Positions 12,836 to 25,439 of a stretch of DNA of 64,000 nucleotides are shown one piece after another. The DNA is taken from assembly GCA_038087875.1 (NCBI GenBank), contig CM075988.1:2046001-2110000 (forward strand), read 5' to 3'. Each line of letters opens with the position of its first letter. Positions within the stretch are counted from its first letter, which is position 1. The DNA is from Malacoraja senta (Eukaryota). The position numbers and the translations under genes are program-made. The notes beneath the pieces were generated by a model. The model saw only the letters and a program-made list of their open reading frames with translations. It had not been told where the DNA came from and searched no databases.

Positions 12836-15800
12836 ATAAGAAGGAACAGAAGGAAACAAAACGGGCAATATGGGCTGAAAAGATGAAGTACGAGGGGAAG
12901 CTGGCCAGGAATATAAAGAAGGACAGTAAAAGCTTCTTTAGATATGTTAAGGGGAAAAGAGTAGCAAAGTCAAATGTGGGTCCCTTGAAGGCAGACACGG
13001 GTGAAATTATTATGGGTAACAAGGAAATGGCAGAAGTGTTGAACAGGTACTTCGGATCTGTCTTCACTAAGGAAGACACAACCAATCTCCCAGATGTACT
13101 GGAGGACAGAGGATCTAAGGGGGTAGAGGAACTGAAAGAAATTCTCATTAGGCGAGAAATAGTATTGGGTAGGCTAATGGGACTGAAGGATGATAAATGC
13201 CCTGGGCCGGATGGTCGGCATCCCAGGGTCCTCAGGGAGGTGGCTCTAGAAATAGTGGACGCATTGGTGATCATTTTCAAATGTTCAATAGATTCAGGAT
13301 CAGTTCCTGTGGATTGGAGGATAGCTAATGTTATCCCACTTTTCAAGAAAGGAGCGAGAGAGAAAATGGGGAATTACAGACCAGTTTGCCTGACTTCGGT
13401 GGTGGGAAAAATGCTGGAGTCAATTATTAAAGAGGTAATAATGGGGTATTTGGATAGCAGTAAAAGGATTAGTCAAAGTCAACATGGATTTAAGAAAGGG
13501 TAATCATGCTTGACTTATCTTCTGGAATAATTTGAGGATGTGACAAGTAAAATGGATGAAGGCCAGCCAGTGGATGTAGTGTTTCAAGACTTTTAGAAAG
13601 CCTTTGATTAGGTCCCGCACGGGAGACTGGTGACTAAAATTAGAGCACATGGTATTGGGGGTAGGGTGTTGACATGGATAGAAAATTGGTTGGCAGAAAG
13701 GAAACAAAGAGTAGGAGTGAACGGGTCCTTTTCAGAATGGCAGGCAGTGGCGAGTGGAGTGCCGCAAGGCTCGGTGTTGGGGCTGCAACTGTTTACCATA
13801 TATATTAATGATTTGGAAGAGGGAATTAGGAACAACACTAGCAAGTTTGCGGATGATACAAAGCTGGGTAGCAGTGTGAACTGTGAAGAGGATGTTAGGA
13901 GGTTGCGGGGTGACCTGGATTGGTTGAGTGAGTGGGCAGATGCGTGGCAGAAGCAGTATAATATAGGTAAATGTGAGGTTATCCAATTTGGCGGCAAAAA
14001 CAAGGGGACAGATTATTATCTCAATGGGGTTAGGTTAGGTAAGGGGGAGGTGCAGCAAGATCTGGGTGTCCTTGTACACCAGTCACTGAAAGTTGGCGTG
14101 CAGGTACAGCAGGCAGTGAAGAAAGCTAATGGAATGTTGGCCTTCATAACAAGAGGATTTCAGTATAGGAGTAAAGAGGTTCTTCTACAATTGTATAGGG
14201 CTCTGGTAAGACCACATCTGAAGTATTGTGTACAGTTTTGGTCTCCTAATTTGAGGAAGGACATCGTTGTGATTGAGGCAGTGCAGCGTAGGTTCACGAG
14301 ATTGATCCCAGAGTACTTAAGGAAGTAGCTCCAGAAATAGTGGATGCATTAGTGATAATATTTCAAAACTCTTTAGATTCTGGAGTAGTTCCTGAGGATT
14401 GGAGGGTAGCAAACGTAACCACACATTTTAAGAAGGGAGGGAGAGAGAAAACGGGGAATTACAGACCAGTTAGTCTAACATCGGTAGTGGGGAAACTGCT
14501 AGAATCAGTTATTAAAGATGGGATAGCAGCACATTTGGAAAGTGGTGAAATCATTGGACAAAGTCAGCATGGATTTACGAAAGGTAAATTGTGTCTGACG
14601 AATCTTATAGAATTTTTCGAGGATGTAACTAGTAGAGTGGATAGGGGAGAACCAGTGGATGTGTTGTATCTGGACTTTCAGAAGGCTTTCGACAAGGTAC
14701 CACATAAGAGATTAGGATACAAACTTAAATCACACGGTATTGGGGGTTCAGTATTGATGTGGATAGAGAACTGGCTGGCAAACAGGAAGCAAAGAGTAGG
14801 AGTAAACGGGTTCTTTTCACAATGGCAGGCAGTGACTAGTGGGGTACCGCAAGGCTCAGTGCTGGGACCCCAGCTATTTACAATTTATATTAATGAACTG
14901 GATGAGGGAATTGAAAGCAACATCTCCAAGTTTGCGGATGACACTAAGCTGGGGGGCAGTGTTAGCTGTGAGGAGGATGCTAGGAGACTGCAAGGTGACT
15001 TGGATAGGCTGGGTGAGTGGGCAAATGTTTGGCAGATGCAGTATAATGTGGATAAATGTGAGGTTATCCACTTTGGTGGCAAAAACGGGAAGGCAGACTA
15101 TTATCTAAATGGTGGCCGATTAGGAAATGGGGAGATGCAGCGAGACCTGGGTGTCATGGTACACCAGTCATTGAAAGTAGGCATGCAGGTGCAGCAGGCA
15201 GTGAAGAAAGCGAATGGTATGTTGGCCTTCATAGCAAGAGGATTTGAGTATAGGAGCAGGGAGGTTCTACTGCAGTTGTACAGGGTCTTGGTGAGACCAC
15301 ACCTGGAGTATTGCGTACAGTTTTGGTCTCCAAATCTGAGGAAGGACATTATAGCCATAGAGGGAGTGCAGAGAAGGTTCACCAGACTGATTCCTGGGAT
15401 GTCAGGACTTTCATATGAAGAAAGACTGGATAGACTTGGCTTATACTCGCTAGAATTTAGGAGATTGAGAGGGAATCTTATAGAAACGTACAAAATTCTT
15501 ATGGGGTTGGACAGGCTAGATGCAGGAAGATTGTTCCCGATGTTGGGGAAGTCCAGGACAAGGGGTCACAGCTTAAGGATAAGGGGGAAATCCTTTAAGA
15601 CCGAGATGAGGAAACACTTTTTCACACAGAGAGTGGTGAATCTCTGGAACTCTCTGCCACAGAGGGTAGTTGAGGCCAGTTCATTGGCTATATTTAAGAG
15701 GGAGTTAGATGTGGCCCTTGTGGCTAAGGGGATCAGGGGGTATGGAGAGAAGACAGGTACGGGATACTGAGTTGGATGATCAGCCATGATCATATTGAAT

Positions 15801-16343
15801 GGCGGTGCAGGCTCGAAGGGCCGAATGGCCTACTCCTGCACCTATTTTCTATGTATCTATGTATCTATCCCTGGGATGGCGGGACTGTCATATGAGGAAA
15901 GATTGAAAAGACTAGGCTTGTATTCATTGGAGGTTAGAAGGATGAGTGGGCATCTTATAGAAACATATAAAATTATAAAAGGACTGGACAAGCTAGATGC
16001 AGGAAAATGTTCCCAATGTTGGGCAAGTCCAGAACCAGGGGCCACAGTCTTAGAATAAAGGGGAGGCCATTTAAGACTGAGGTGTGAAAAAACTTTTTCA
16101 CCCAGAGAGTTGTGAATCTGTGGAATTCCCTGCCACAGAGGGCAGTGGAGACCAAATCACTGGATGGATTTAAGAGAGAGTTAGATAGAGCTCTAGGGGG
16201 CTAGTGGAATCAAGGGATATGGGGAGAAGGCAGGCACAGGTTATTGATTGCGGACGATCAGCCATGATCACAATGAATGGTGGTGCTGGCTCAAAGGGCC
16301 GAATGGCCTCTTCCTGCACCTATTTTCTATGTTTCAATGTTTC
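12836..16343 (+). mobile_element. CR1 LINE (5'-truncated), host of a nested CR1
   Basis: ORF2 fragments 12883-13503 and 13630-14309; resumes IPGMAGLSYEERL at 15867; 3' tail near 16340. Confidence 0.9.
14310..15866 (+). mobile_element. Younger CR1 nested in CR1; open 476-aa RT frame
   Basis: ORF 14340-15770; (TCTATGTA)n tail; ATCCC duplicated at 14305-14309 and 15867-15871. Confidence 0.9.
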
Positions 16344-16344
16344 C

Positions 16345-17300
16345 ATAATTCCACATATTCACAACTCTCTGGGTGAAGAAGTTTTTCCTCATCCCAGTCC
16401 TAAATTGCCTAACCCTTATTCTTAAACTGTGACCCTTGGTTCTGGACTCCCCCAACATGGGAAACATTTTTCCTAGCCTGTCCAATCCCTTAAGAATGCT
16501 ATATGTTTCTCTAGGATATCCTCTCATCCTTCAAAATACCAGTGAATACAAGCCCAGTCGACCCATTCTTTCATCATATGTCAGTCCCGCCATCCCGGGA
16601 ATTACCCTGGTGATCCTACGCTGCACTCACACAATGGCAATAATGTCCTTCCTCAAATTAGGATTCCAAAATTGCACACAATAGTCCAGGTGCAGTCTCA
16701 CCAGTGCCCTTACAAATGCAGTAGGACCTCATTGCTCCTAAACTCAAATCCTCTCGCAATGAAGGCCAACAAATTCCTCAAATCCATTAGCTTTCTTCCT
16801 GCATGCTTACTTTCAGTGACTGATGTACAAGCCTAACCAGGTCTTGTTGCACCTCCCCTTTTCCTAATCTGACACCAATCAGATAATAATCTGCCTTCCT
16901 GTTCTTGCCACCAAAGTGGGTAACCTCATATTCATCCACATTATGCTGCATCTGCCATGCATCTGCCCACTCACCCAACCTATCCAAGTCACTCTGCAGC
17001 CTCATAGCATCCGCCTCGCAGCTCACACTGCCACCCTGCTTTGTGTCATCTGCAAACTTAGAGATGTTACATTTAATTCCCTCATATAAATCGTTAATAT
17101 ATATTGTAAATAATTGGGGTCCCTGCACCGAGCCCTGCGGCACCCCACTAGTCACTGCCTGTCATTCTGAAAAGGACCCGTTAATTCCTACTCTTTGTTT
17201 CCTGTCTGCCAACCAGTTCTCTATCCATGTCAATACCCTACCCCCAATACCATGTGCTCTAATTTTGCACACAAATCTCTTTTTGAAAGTCCAGATACAT
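16345..17300 (-). mobile_element. CR1 RT fragment
   Basis: SGVPQGSVQGPQLF, KFADDTK on the minus strand. Confidence 0.88.
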
Positions 17301-17916
17301 CATTACAGGCTTTGATCTGTTTTTTTGCATATCTTTCATTTATTTGTTCATTTACTTTTTTTCATATTTCTCAGTTCACTCTCCCATGACTCTCAGTCTG
17401 AAGAAGGGTCTCGACCCAAAACGTCGCCTATTTCCTTTTCCCAGAGATGTTGCATGACCCGTTGAGTTACTCCAGCTTTGTATACCTATCTTCAGTATGA
17501 ACATCTTTGTAAATCCTTTTTGCATCTTTTCCAATTTAATGACCTCCTTCCTGTAGCAGGGTGACCAGACTGCACACAGCACTCCAAATGTGACCTCTAT
17601 CAACATATTGTACAGCTGTAACTTGACATCCCCATTTATGTACATTTTTGCTTCTATGATGGAACTATGTACCTAGACCTGTAGGTCTTTCTGTTCTACA
17701 ATGGTCACAAGGGCGTTACGATTTAGTGTGTAAGTCTTACCCAAATGGAACAGCTAACTTTTATCTGAATCTGCTAATCATTGACCCATTGAATCAGTTG
17801 ATCAAGATCCCATTATGATGTTAAATATCCTTGTTCGCTGTCCACTTCATCACATATGTTCGTGTCATCCGCAAACTTATTAACCATGCCACCCATATCC
17901 AAATCATCAGACCATC

Positions 17917-18647
17917 AGGGGCGCCGCACGATGGCAGCCTCGCCAACAGTCTATCTGTCTTTTCGTCTTTTTTTTGTTACTTTTTAGTGTGTTTTAAAAT
18001 AATGTGTTAATGTTCTCTGGTTTGTTTTATGTGGGGGGTGCGGTAGGGGGTTGGGGGAAACATTTTTTCAATCTCCAACCTTGCCAGAGATGTGACTGTT
18101 TTCCGGATCGTATCTCTGGTCGCTCTGCGGCCTAACATCATGTAGCTGGCGGCCTTGCTCGGGACTGACTTTGAGGCCCACCGTGAGGACGTGGACTTAC
18201 CATTGGAGCCGATCCCTTGCTCCAACTGCGGCCTGCGAATTTCAGCATCGAGAAGTCGGGAAGCTCCAAAGCTTCTCCGTTGTTGGGAAACCGACGCAGA
18301 AGGTTCGACCAGCCTCGACCCGGGGTCAGATCGCTCGCCGCGGGGGAGCTGATATTCCCCCCGATGCAGGAGCTTGACTGACCGCCGGCTTCTGGAGTCA
18401 ACGGAAGGCTTGAGGCCCCCGACCGTGGGAGAACAAAGAAGGGGAGAGATTGAACTTTTTTTCGCCTTCCTTCACAGTGAGGAATGTGGAGGAGTCACTG
18501 TGGTGGATGTTCATGTTAAAATGTATTTTGTGTGTTTTGGTGCTTTTATTGGTATGACTGTATGGCAAATGAAATTCCTCGTATGTTGCAAACCATACTT
18601 GGCTAATAAAGTATGATTGTGATGATGATGATGATGATGATTATGAT
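17917..18647 (+). mobile_element. Non-autonomous retroposon with Rex1-like 3' tail and (GAT)n end
   Basis: 3' motif AAATTCCTCGTATG..CATACTTGGCTAATAAA shared with the LINE tail at ~27490-27545; 5' part resembles 29433-29710. Confidence 0.55.
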
Positions 18648-19027
18648 TAACCTATTGGCTAGATCACCCTGGATCCCATGTGATCTAACCATCCAGACCA
18701 GCCTACCATGTGGAACCTTGGCAAAGACATTGCTAAGGTCCATGTGGGCAATGTCTGCCACACTGTCATCATCAATCTTCTTGCGCATCTCCTCAAAGGC
18801 CACTTGTCAGACACCAGCCTCCCTCCCAGTAGATCACCACTTGCCCTCCCAGCTGGAGACGAGCCCACCCACCCCTCATGGACATCCTCCAACACATCTC
18901 CCCTGATAGATACCACCTCTCTCACCCCACCGCTGGTGGCCCAGATACTCTGCTGGAGACGTCTCCTGATACCCAGCCCCGCTGTGGTCCTGCCCCCGCC
19001 ACACAGCCCTCCTGTCCAATCACTCAC

Positions 19028-19283
19028 CTGTCCGGAGTAGAGAGGTATTTCTGTTTCTGGAATTTCTTCTCCAGACCCATGAGCTGCAGTTCGGTGAAAA
19101 TGGTGCGGCATCTCCGGGGCTTCTTAAACCGAGGTACAGCCCGATCGCTGTTGTTCTCGGTGCTGGTACTCTCCAGAGCTAATAAGCCAGTGGTGCTGGA
19201 GGACAGAAACTGTGGAATCCTTGTAGTGGGAACTGGAGACAGCTGCGTCAAAGCCAACGATGGGTATGAGCTCAATGCTGACC
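19028..19283 (-). CDS. BARX2: BARX2 exon 2 (N-terminal part of the homeodomain)
   Basis: ctacag|GG TCA GCA TTG ... GAC AG|gtgagt; encodes GSALSSYP...[33 protein letters not shown]; phase matches exon 1; KKPRR/TIF/KKFQK fit BARX2 rather than BARX1. Confidence 0.95.
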
Positions 19284-19427
19284 CTGTAGAAGTACATGGG
19301 GACTAACATTAACCAGAGACTACAGACACACAGACCTTGCAGAAGTACATGGGGCTAACATTAACCAGAAACTACAGACATTGAGTATAAACTCCTGGAA
19401 TTCATTTTTCCAACAACACCTTCTTCA

Positions 19428-19725
19428 GGGCAGCACAGTGGTGCAGCAGTCGAGTTGCTGCCTCAAAACACCAGAGACCCGGGTTTGATCCTGGCTACGT
19501 ATGCTGTCTGTGTGGCGTTTGCATGTTCTCCCTGTGACCATGTGGGTTTCCTCCAGGTGCTCTGGATTCCTCCCACATCCCAAAGGCATGCAGGTTTTGT
19601 AGGTTAACTGGCTTCTGTAAATTGTCATTAGTGTGTAGGATAAAACTAGTGTAGGCGTGATCACTGATCGGCGTGGACTCAGTGGGCCGCAGGGTCTGTT
19701 TCCACGCTGTATCTCTATACTAAAC
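19428..19725 (+). mobile_element. tRNA-derived V-domain SINE (HE1-like)
   Basis: A/B-box-like GTGGTGCAGCAG and GGTTTGATCC; core TTTGCATGTTCTCCC..TGGGTTTCCTCC..TTCCTCCCACATCCCAAAG; CR1-like tail. Confidence 0.85.
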
Positions 19726-20414
19726 TGAGAAAAAATTCTGACCCTCTGACACTGGGGGATCATGACTGTTATAGGCTGCAGCTTTCTTAAACATATCTTT
19801 AAATTAAGTCCCAATTTTGCTGGTCTGGAACAGTTAGATTTTGCCGAAACACTTCTGCTCAAAAACTGCAATATCCCGCAAAACAAATCTACATTTACAT
19901 AGCACTGTTGCAGTGTTAGGGCATTTCAGTGATTAAGGCCAGTGAAGTCGTCATAATCATAGAGCACAGAAACAGATCCGTGTGGCTCAACTCATCCATG
20001 CCGACCATGATGTCCCATCTGAGCTCATCCCATTTGCCTGTGCCTGGCCCATATCCTTCAAAACCATTCCTATCTATGTGCCTGTCCAAATGTCCTTTAC
20101 ATGTTGTTATTGTACCTGCCTCAACTACATCATCTGGCAGTTTGTTCTATATAGCCAACATGCCCAAAACCTTCCTCACTATCCTTTTGGCCTGTGCTGC
20201 CTTTTTATGGAACTATGGACATACTCTTAGATCACTCTGCTCTGCAACACTCCCTAGGCCCCGCTGTTCCCGGTGAAAATCCTGCCTTGATTAGACTTCC
20301 CAAGATGCAACACAGAGGGTGATGGATGGGGAGATGATAATGGAGATAGTAGCAGAGAGAGGGAGAATGTAGGAATGTCATACAGAGGAGCAGAAAAATG
20401 GAGTACACAATATC

Positions 20415-20558
20415 TTCTTCTTCTTCTTCTTTTGTGTGGCGTGCACAGCCTAAAGTTGTTGGACAACTTGTTCTATTTGATCTTCCGTTTGTGCACGTCG
20501 AGTTGATTGCATTAGTCGAAACAGGGCAGACCACGTGAAGGTTGCAATCTTCCACCCC
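20415..20558 (-). mobile_element. 144-bp non-autonomous retroposon: 5' HDV-like ribozyme, stem-loop, (GAA)n tail
   Basis: Perfect 14-bp TSD GAGTACACAATATC at 20401-20414 and 20559-20572; (AAG)n tail. Confidence 0.9.
20505..20558 (-). ncRNA. Predicted minimal HDV/CPEB3-like self-cleaving ribozyme
   Basis: GGGGTGG-AA-GATTGCA-ACC-TTCACGT-GGT-CTGCCCT-GT-TTCGA-CTAA-TGCAATC fits P1/P2/P3/L3/J4-2; activity untested. Confidence 0.8.
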
Positions 20559-20758
20559 GAGTACACAATATCCATTGATTTTCTCTCATCTATTCTGCCT
20601 GTTGCAACCTAAAATCTCCAGCATGCTACTCAGACATAATATCCCTTCTGGAAACCCTTATTGAATTTGCTAATCCCATTGATATTTTCTGAGTGTTTTG
20701 TTGTCTCATTGTTTATATTGGCTCGGGCATTTCTTCACGAGAGTCAGAGATGTGTGCA

Positions 20759-20858
20759 GGAAGGAACTGCAGATGTTGGTTTACACCGAAAATAGACACA
20801 AAAAGCTGGAGTAATAGGCAGCATCTCTGGAGAAAAGGAATAGGTGATGTTTCAGGTC
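20759..20858 (-). mobile_element. Short Penelope pLTR-derived insert
   Basis: GGAAGGAACTGCAGATG terminus; 11-bp duplication AGATGTGTGCA at 20748-20758 and 20859-20869. Confidence 0.75.
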
Positions 20859-21254
20859 AGATGTGTGCACCAGGTGAGGGAGAATAGGAAGTCTGACTCA
20901 GGAGAGACCAGCGAAAGTTGGCAACACAGTGTATGAGGGAGGGAAGGTTTAGGATCTTGGGTAAGGTTGCCAATTGGGCAGGCTGCTTTGTCTTCTATTA
21001 TAGTGACACAGAAGGTGACAGACTGGCCCTTCAGCTCCATGCCGGTGCCATGAGGACAGTCCTATCAGTCCCATTGCCTCCTTATTGCTCTCTTCTCTCC
21101 CACACAGGTCTATCAACACAGGTCTAGCCAATTCATCTACAGCATATCTTTGGGATGGAAAAGGATAATGAGGAAGCCCACAAGATCACTGAGAGATCAT
21201 ACAGACTCCATGCATGCAGCACCCATAGTCAGGATTGAACCCAGTTTTTGATTA

Positions 21255-21578
21255 ATTGAAAGATATAGCATGGAAACATGCCCTTTGGCCCTTCAAGTCC
21301 ATGCCAACCAAAGATAACCCGTTCACTCTAATTCCATGTTATCCCACTTTCCCATCCACTCCCCACACACTGGGGGCAATTTACATAGGCCAATTAACCT
21401 ATAAACCCACACATCTTTAGGATGTGAGAGGAAACCGGAGCACCCGGAGGAAACTCATGTGGCGATAGCAGGAACTTGCAAACTCCACACAGACAGCACA
21501 GTTCGCGGTGAGGGTCAAGCCCGGGCCTCTGGCGCTGTGAGGCGACAGCTCTACCAGCTAGGCTACTATGCCACCCCA
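21255..21578 (-). mobile_element. tRNA-derived V-domain SINE (HE1-like)
   Basis: Reverse-complement similarity to 19428-19725. Confidence 0.8.
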
Positions 21579-21730
21579 ATTGTGCTCCCTACAGCAGAGT
21601 GTCAAGCTGCATGAAGGTTATTGCAGTTGTATTGGTCCTGGGAAGTGGAGAGTGCATTGTGTAATATTGAAGGTGATGCCCTTTGACTGCAAGAGTTGAT
21701 TTGGTCTTGTAGCCATGTATTGTTATTGTT

Positions 21731-21933
21731 TAAGAAGGAACTGCAGATGCTGGAAAATCCCAGGCACACTAAAATGCTGGAGAAACTCAGCGCGTGCAGC
21801 AGCATCTATGGAGCGAAGGAAATAGGAAATGTTTCGGGCCTGAAGAAGGGTTTCGGCCCAAAACGTTGCCTATTTCATTTGCTCCATAGATGCTGCTGCA
21901 TCTGCTGAGTTTCTCCAGCATTTTTGTGTACCT
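21731..21933. mobile_element. Fold-back Penelope pLTR-derived element
   Basis: Inverted arms ATGCTGGAGAAACTCAGC / GCTGAGTTTCTCCAGCAT; central CTGAAGAAGGGTTTCGGCCC; GCCATGTATTG on both flanks. Confidence 0.8.
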
Positions 21934-22399
21934 GCCATGTATTGCTATATTCTACTGTATTGGTGTGGCTGGTTGATGTCCTCAGGATGCTAGTGGTGGG
22001 AATTCATTGACAGTAAATGCATTGAATTAGTTAGTTGTTAATTCAATTAGTTAGTTAATTTCTCTAAAATTGAAGGTATTTCTCTTTCTTTTATATGTAT
22101 GATTGCTACTTGCCACTTATCAGCCTAATTCAGAATGTTGTCTAGGTCTTGCTGCATGCAAGTCGACTGTTTCATTTACTGAAGAGTTGTGAACAGAATT
22201 AAGCATTGCATAATCATCAGGAGATCCGAATACCTCTGGGAATTCCATGCAGGTCACGGAGAGAATGAGCAAACTCCACGTAGAAAGTACCTAAATTCAG
22301 GATTTAAACCATGTTGTTGCAGCTGTGAGACAGCGGCTTTACCTGCCACCATGCTGCACGTGGAATGGAGGAGGGCGCGGGCAACCTGATGGAGGACAT

Positions 22400-23830
22400 G
22401 CTCCAAATGTCGAGGCATAGATGGTAAGAAACCTTAACCCATGGCAGTGCTATCCAAAACTAGCGGGCGTAGGTTTAGAGTAAAGGTTAAACATTTACAG
22501 GGGATCTAAGGAAGAACGTCTTCATCCAAAGAGTGATTGTAATCTGGAACTCTGTGTGAAAGAGTGACACACCATGTAAGATGCTTCTTCGTGAGCTAAG
22601 TGCGACTAAACAGGATCAGCACAGATAGGTACAATGGTTGGCGTGGACATGGTGAGCAGAAGGGCCTATTTTTATGTTGTATCCCTATGACTCCATGATG
22701 TACTACTGGATGATATAAAGCAAGACTAGATTAGAGGTGGCCAGTTTGGCTTTGCTCCTGGGAAATTGTGTCGCAACTGTGATAGAGTTTTTTGATGAGA
22801 TCACCAAGTCGATTGATGAGGGCATGGCAGTGTCTATGTGAAATTTAGCAAGGTCCCGCATGGTAGGCTATTCTGGAATCCAAGGTGAACTAGCCAAATG
22901 GATTCAAATTAACCTGGAGAGAGGAGTAAACGGGTAGTTGAGGAGGGCTGTTTCTCTGACTGGAGGCCTGTGACCAGTTGTCTGCCACTGGGATTAGTGT
23001 TGGGTCCATTTGTATTTATTATCTACATTAATGGTTAGATGACAATGTAGTTAATATTGCAGATGACACTAACATTTGTGGTACAGTGACAGTGAGGAAG
23101 GATATCTAAGTTTGCAACAAGATGTGAAGAAAGTCACCAGCTTCAAGTTCCTAGCATTTAAGTTTCAGAAGGTTCGGCATGTTGCCATATACTCTATCGT
23201 ATTTCTCCAGATGTACGGTGGCTGCATCATAGCCTGATTCGGTAACACCCAGGAGTGAAGAAGACTGCAGAAAATGGTGGACATTGCCGGTCAAGCTGAG
23301 GTATCAATCTCCCCATTGATTTATGGTAAGTGCTGCCTCAAAAAGTCAGCTAATGTCATCAAAGACCAACACCACTCTGGCCAGTCTTTGTTTTGGTTAT
23401 ACTAAACAGTACTTTAGTTAGCACGATTATGGTCCGGGTACCTAGCGTTACTGATAATTCATTGTATTATTGATTATCAAATGTTTATTTCTTGTGTTAT
23501 GCCATTAATTGGCCTGTTAAGCAAGTAAGAATGTCATTGTTCCATTCTCGATGTATATGACAATTAAATACTTTTCACTCTTGGATCTAGATCAGTTGGG
23601 AAGGTGGGCTTAGGAATAACAAATGGAATTTAACTCTGACAAGTGTGAGGTGTTGCACTTTGATATCTCAAACCAAGGCGGAGCTTATACAGTAAACGGT
23701 AGAGCCCTGGGGGGGTGCTGTGGAACAGAGAGATTTGGAAGGACAGTTGCAAGGCTTCCTGCGAGTGAGGTGTCAGGTGAAAAAAGGTATTGAAAACAAA
23801 GGTTGGGATATTATGATGCAGTTGTACAAG
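22400..23830 (+). mobile_element. Old degraded CR1 fragments with a nested Rex1-like fragment (~23120-23585)
   Basis: Recognisable KVPHGRL, WRPVTS and KCEVLHF remnants. Confidence 0.6.
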
Positions 23831-24389
23831 TTAGTAAAGGTAGTATAACAAGGGGAGTGGGTGTTGATGGAGATCGAAGTGTGAACCATGGAGACATGGA
23901 AAGAGTGTTCTGTTTTCTGTTTAGTTCTGGAGTCATACTGCATGGAAAAAAGCCACATATTCACACCAACCAATGGCCACCCATCCATATTAATCCCACC
24001 TTCTAGTATTTGACCCATAACCTTCAACTCCAACGTCGATACAATGCAAGTATCATCTCAACACTACTTAATTGCTGTCACTGACTCTGCGTCTACCACT
24101 GCCTCTGGCAGTGTTTTCCAGGTATGTTATACCTTATGTTAAATCTATGTCCATTAGTTTTATCCATCTCTGATATGGGGAAAGTTCCCTGTAATCTCTA
24201 TTTATACTATTCATCTTGTTCTCTCATCTCCTCTCCCTCCCAGAGCAAGGCTAGGATTCTCCTTGCCCTCAGCTTGCAACCCACTAAGCAGATCAGCCTC
24301 CGTGAAACAATCACCCTAATCCCTGTGTGATGCCACTACCAGACATCCTTTCCCTCCCCTCGCGAACAGCATTTTGAAAAGCCATTGTT

Positions 24390-25140
24390 ATTATTGTCAC
24401 ATGGCCTGAGATGCAGTGAGAAACTTTGTTTTGCATTCCATTCAGGCAGATCATTCTAAACATGAATACATCAAGGAAGTGCAAACATGAAAAAATAATA
24501 CAGAATGTTGAATACAGGTTTACAGCTGCAGAGAAATTGCAGGTAAAAAAAGTGCAAGGGCCATATGAGGTAGCTTGGGTGATGAAGAATTCATCTTAGT
24601 TTGTGAAAGAATCTGACAACAACAGGATAGAAGCTGTTCCTGAATTTATTGGCATACGGTTTCAAACCTTTGTATATTGTGCCCAACGGGAGAGGAAGAA
24701 GAGAGTATGACTGAGGCGGGAGGGCTCCTTGATTATGTTGGCTGCTTTCTTGAGGCAGTAGGAATTGTAGAAGGAGTCAATGGAGGGGAGGCTGGTCTGT
24801 GTGATGGACAGGGTTACATCCACAACTCTCTGCAATTTCATGCGGCCTTGGGCAATTGCCGTAACAAGTTGTGATGCATCCAGATAGGATGCCTTCTATG
24901 GTGCTTCTGCAAAAATTGGTAAGAGTCAATGGGGACAGAGCAAATGTCTTCAGCTTCTGAGAGAGTAGATGCACTGTAGTATCATCTGTAAACTTGTAGA
25001 TGGAGTTGGAGTGGAATTTGGCCACACAAATTCTAGTGTGTACAGGGAAGGATAGTAAGGACTGAGTAACCAGTGGGTAACCAGTGTGATGATTATTGTG
25101 GAGGAGGTGTTGTCACCTATCCTCACTGACTGGTCTGCAA
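24390..25140 (-). mobile_element. Rex1/Babar-like LINE 3' fragment
   Basis: QSVRIGDNTSSTIII, SIYKFTDDTTV, IEGILSGCIT. Confidence 0.75.
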
Positions 25141-25439
25141 GTCTGGAAGCCCGGAGTCCAGTGGAGAGTGCTGAGTCCGAGGTCCCAGAATTATATCCCA
25201 TCTCTTGGCACATCCACAAGCAAACCAAGAAGGAATATTTGGGTCACTACCACTCCTGTATTCAAGGACACAAATATTCCTTGTGTATGAAACAGCAATT
25301 TACTTGCACTGCTTTCAATTTAGTGCACTACATTCAGTATTCATAATATAGTCTCCTCCGCATCTATGAAACCAAATGCTTATCGAATAAGTCCTCTAAA
25401 GAACAACTGCTCAGTTCTTGTATTTTGTTATTTCAGGTA

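Noticed and set aside
19428..19500. tRNA gene
   Set aside because: Degenerate tRNA-derived SINE head that continues into a SINE body
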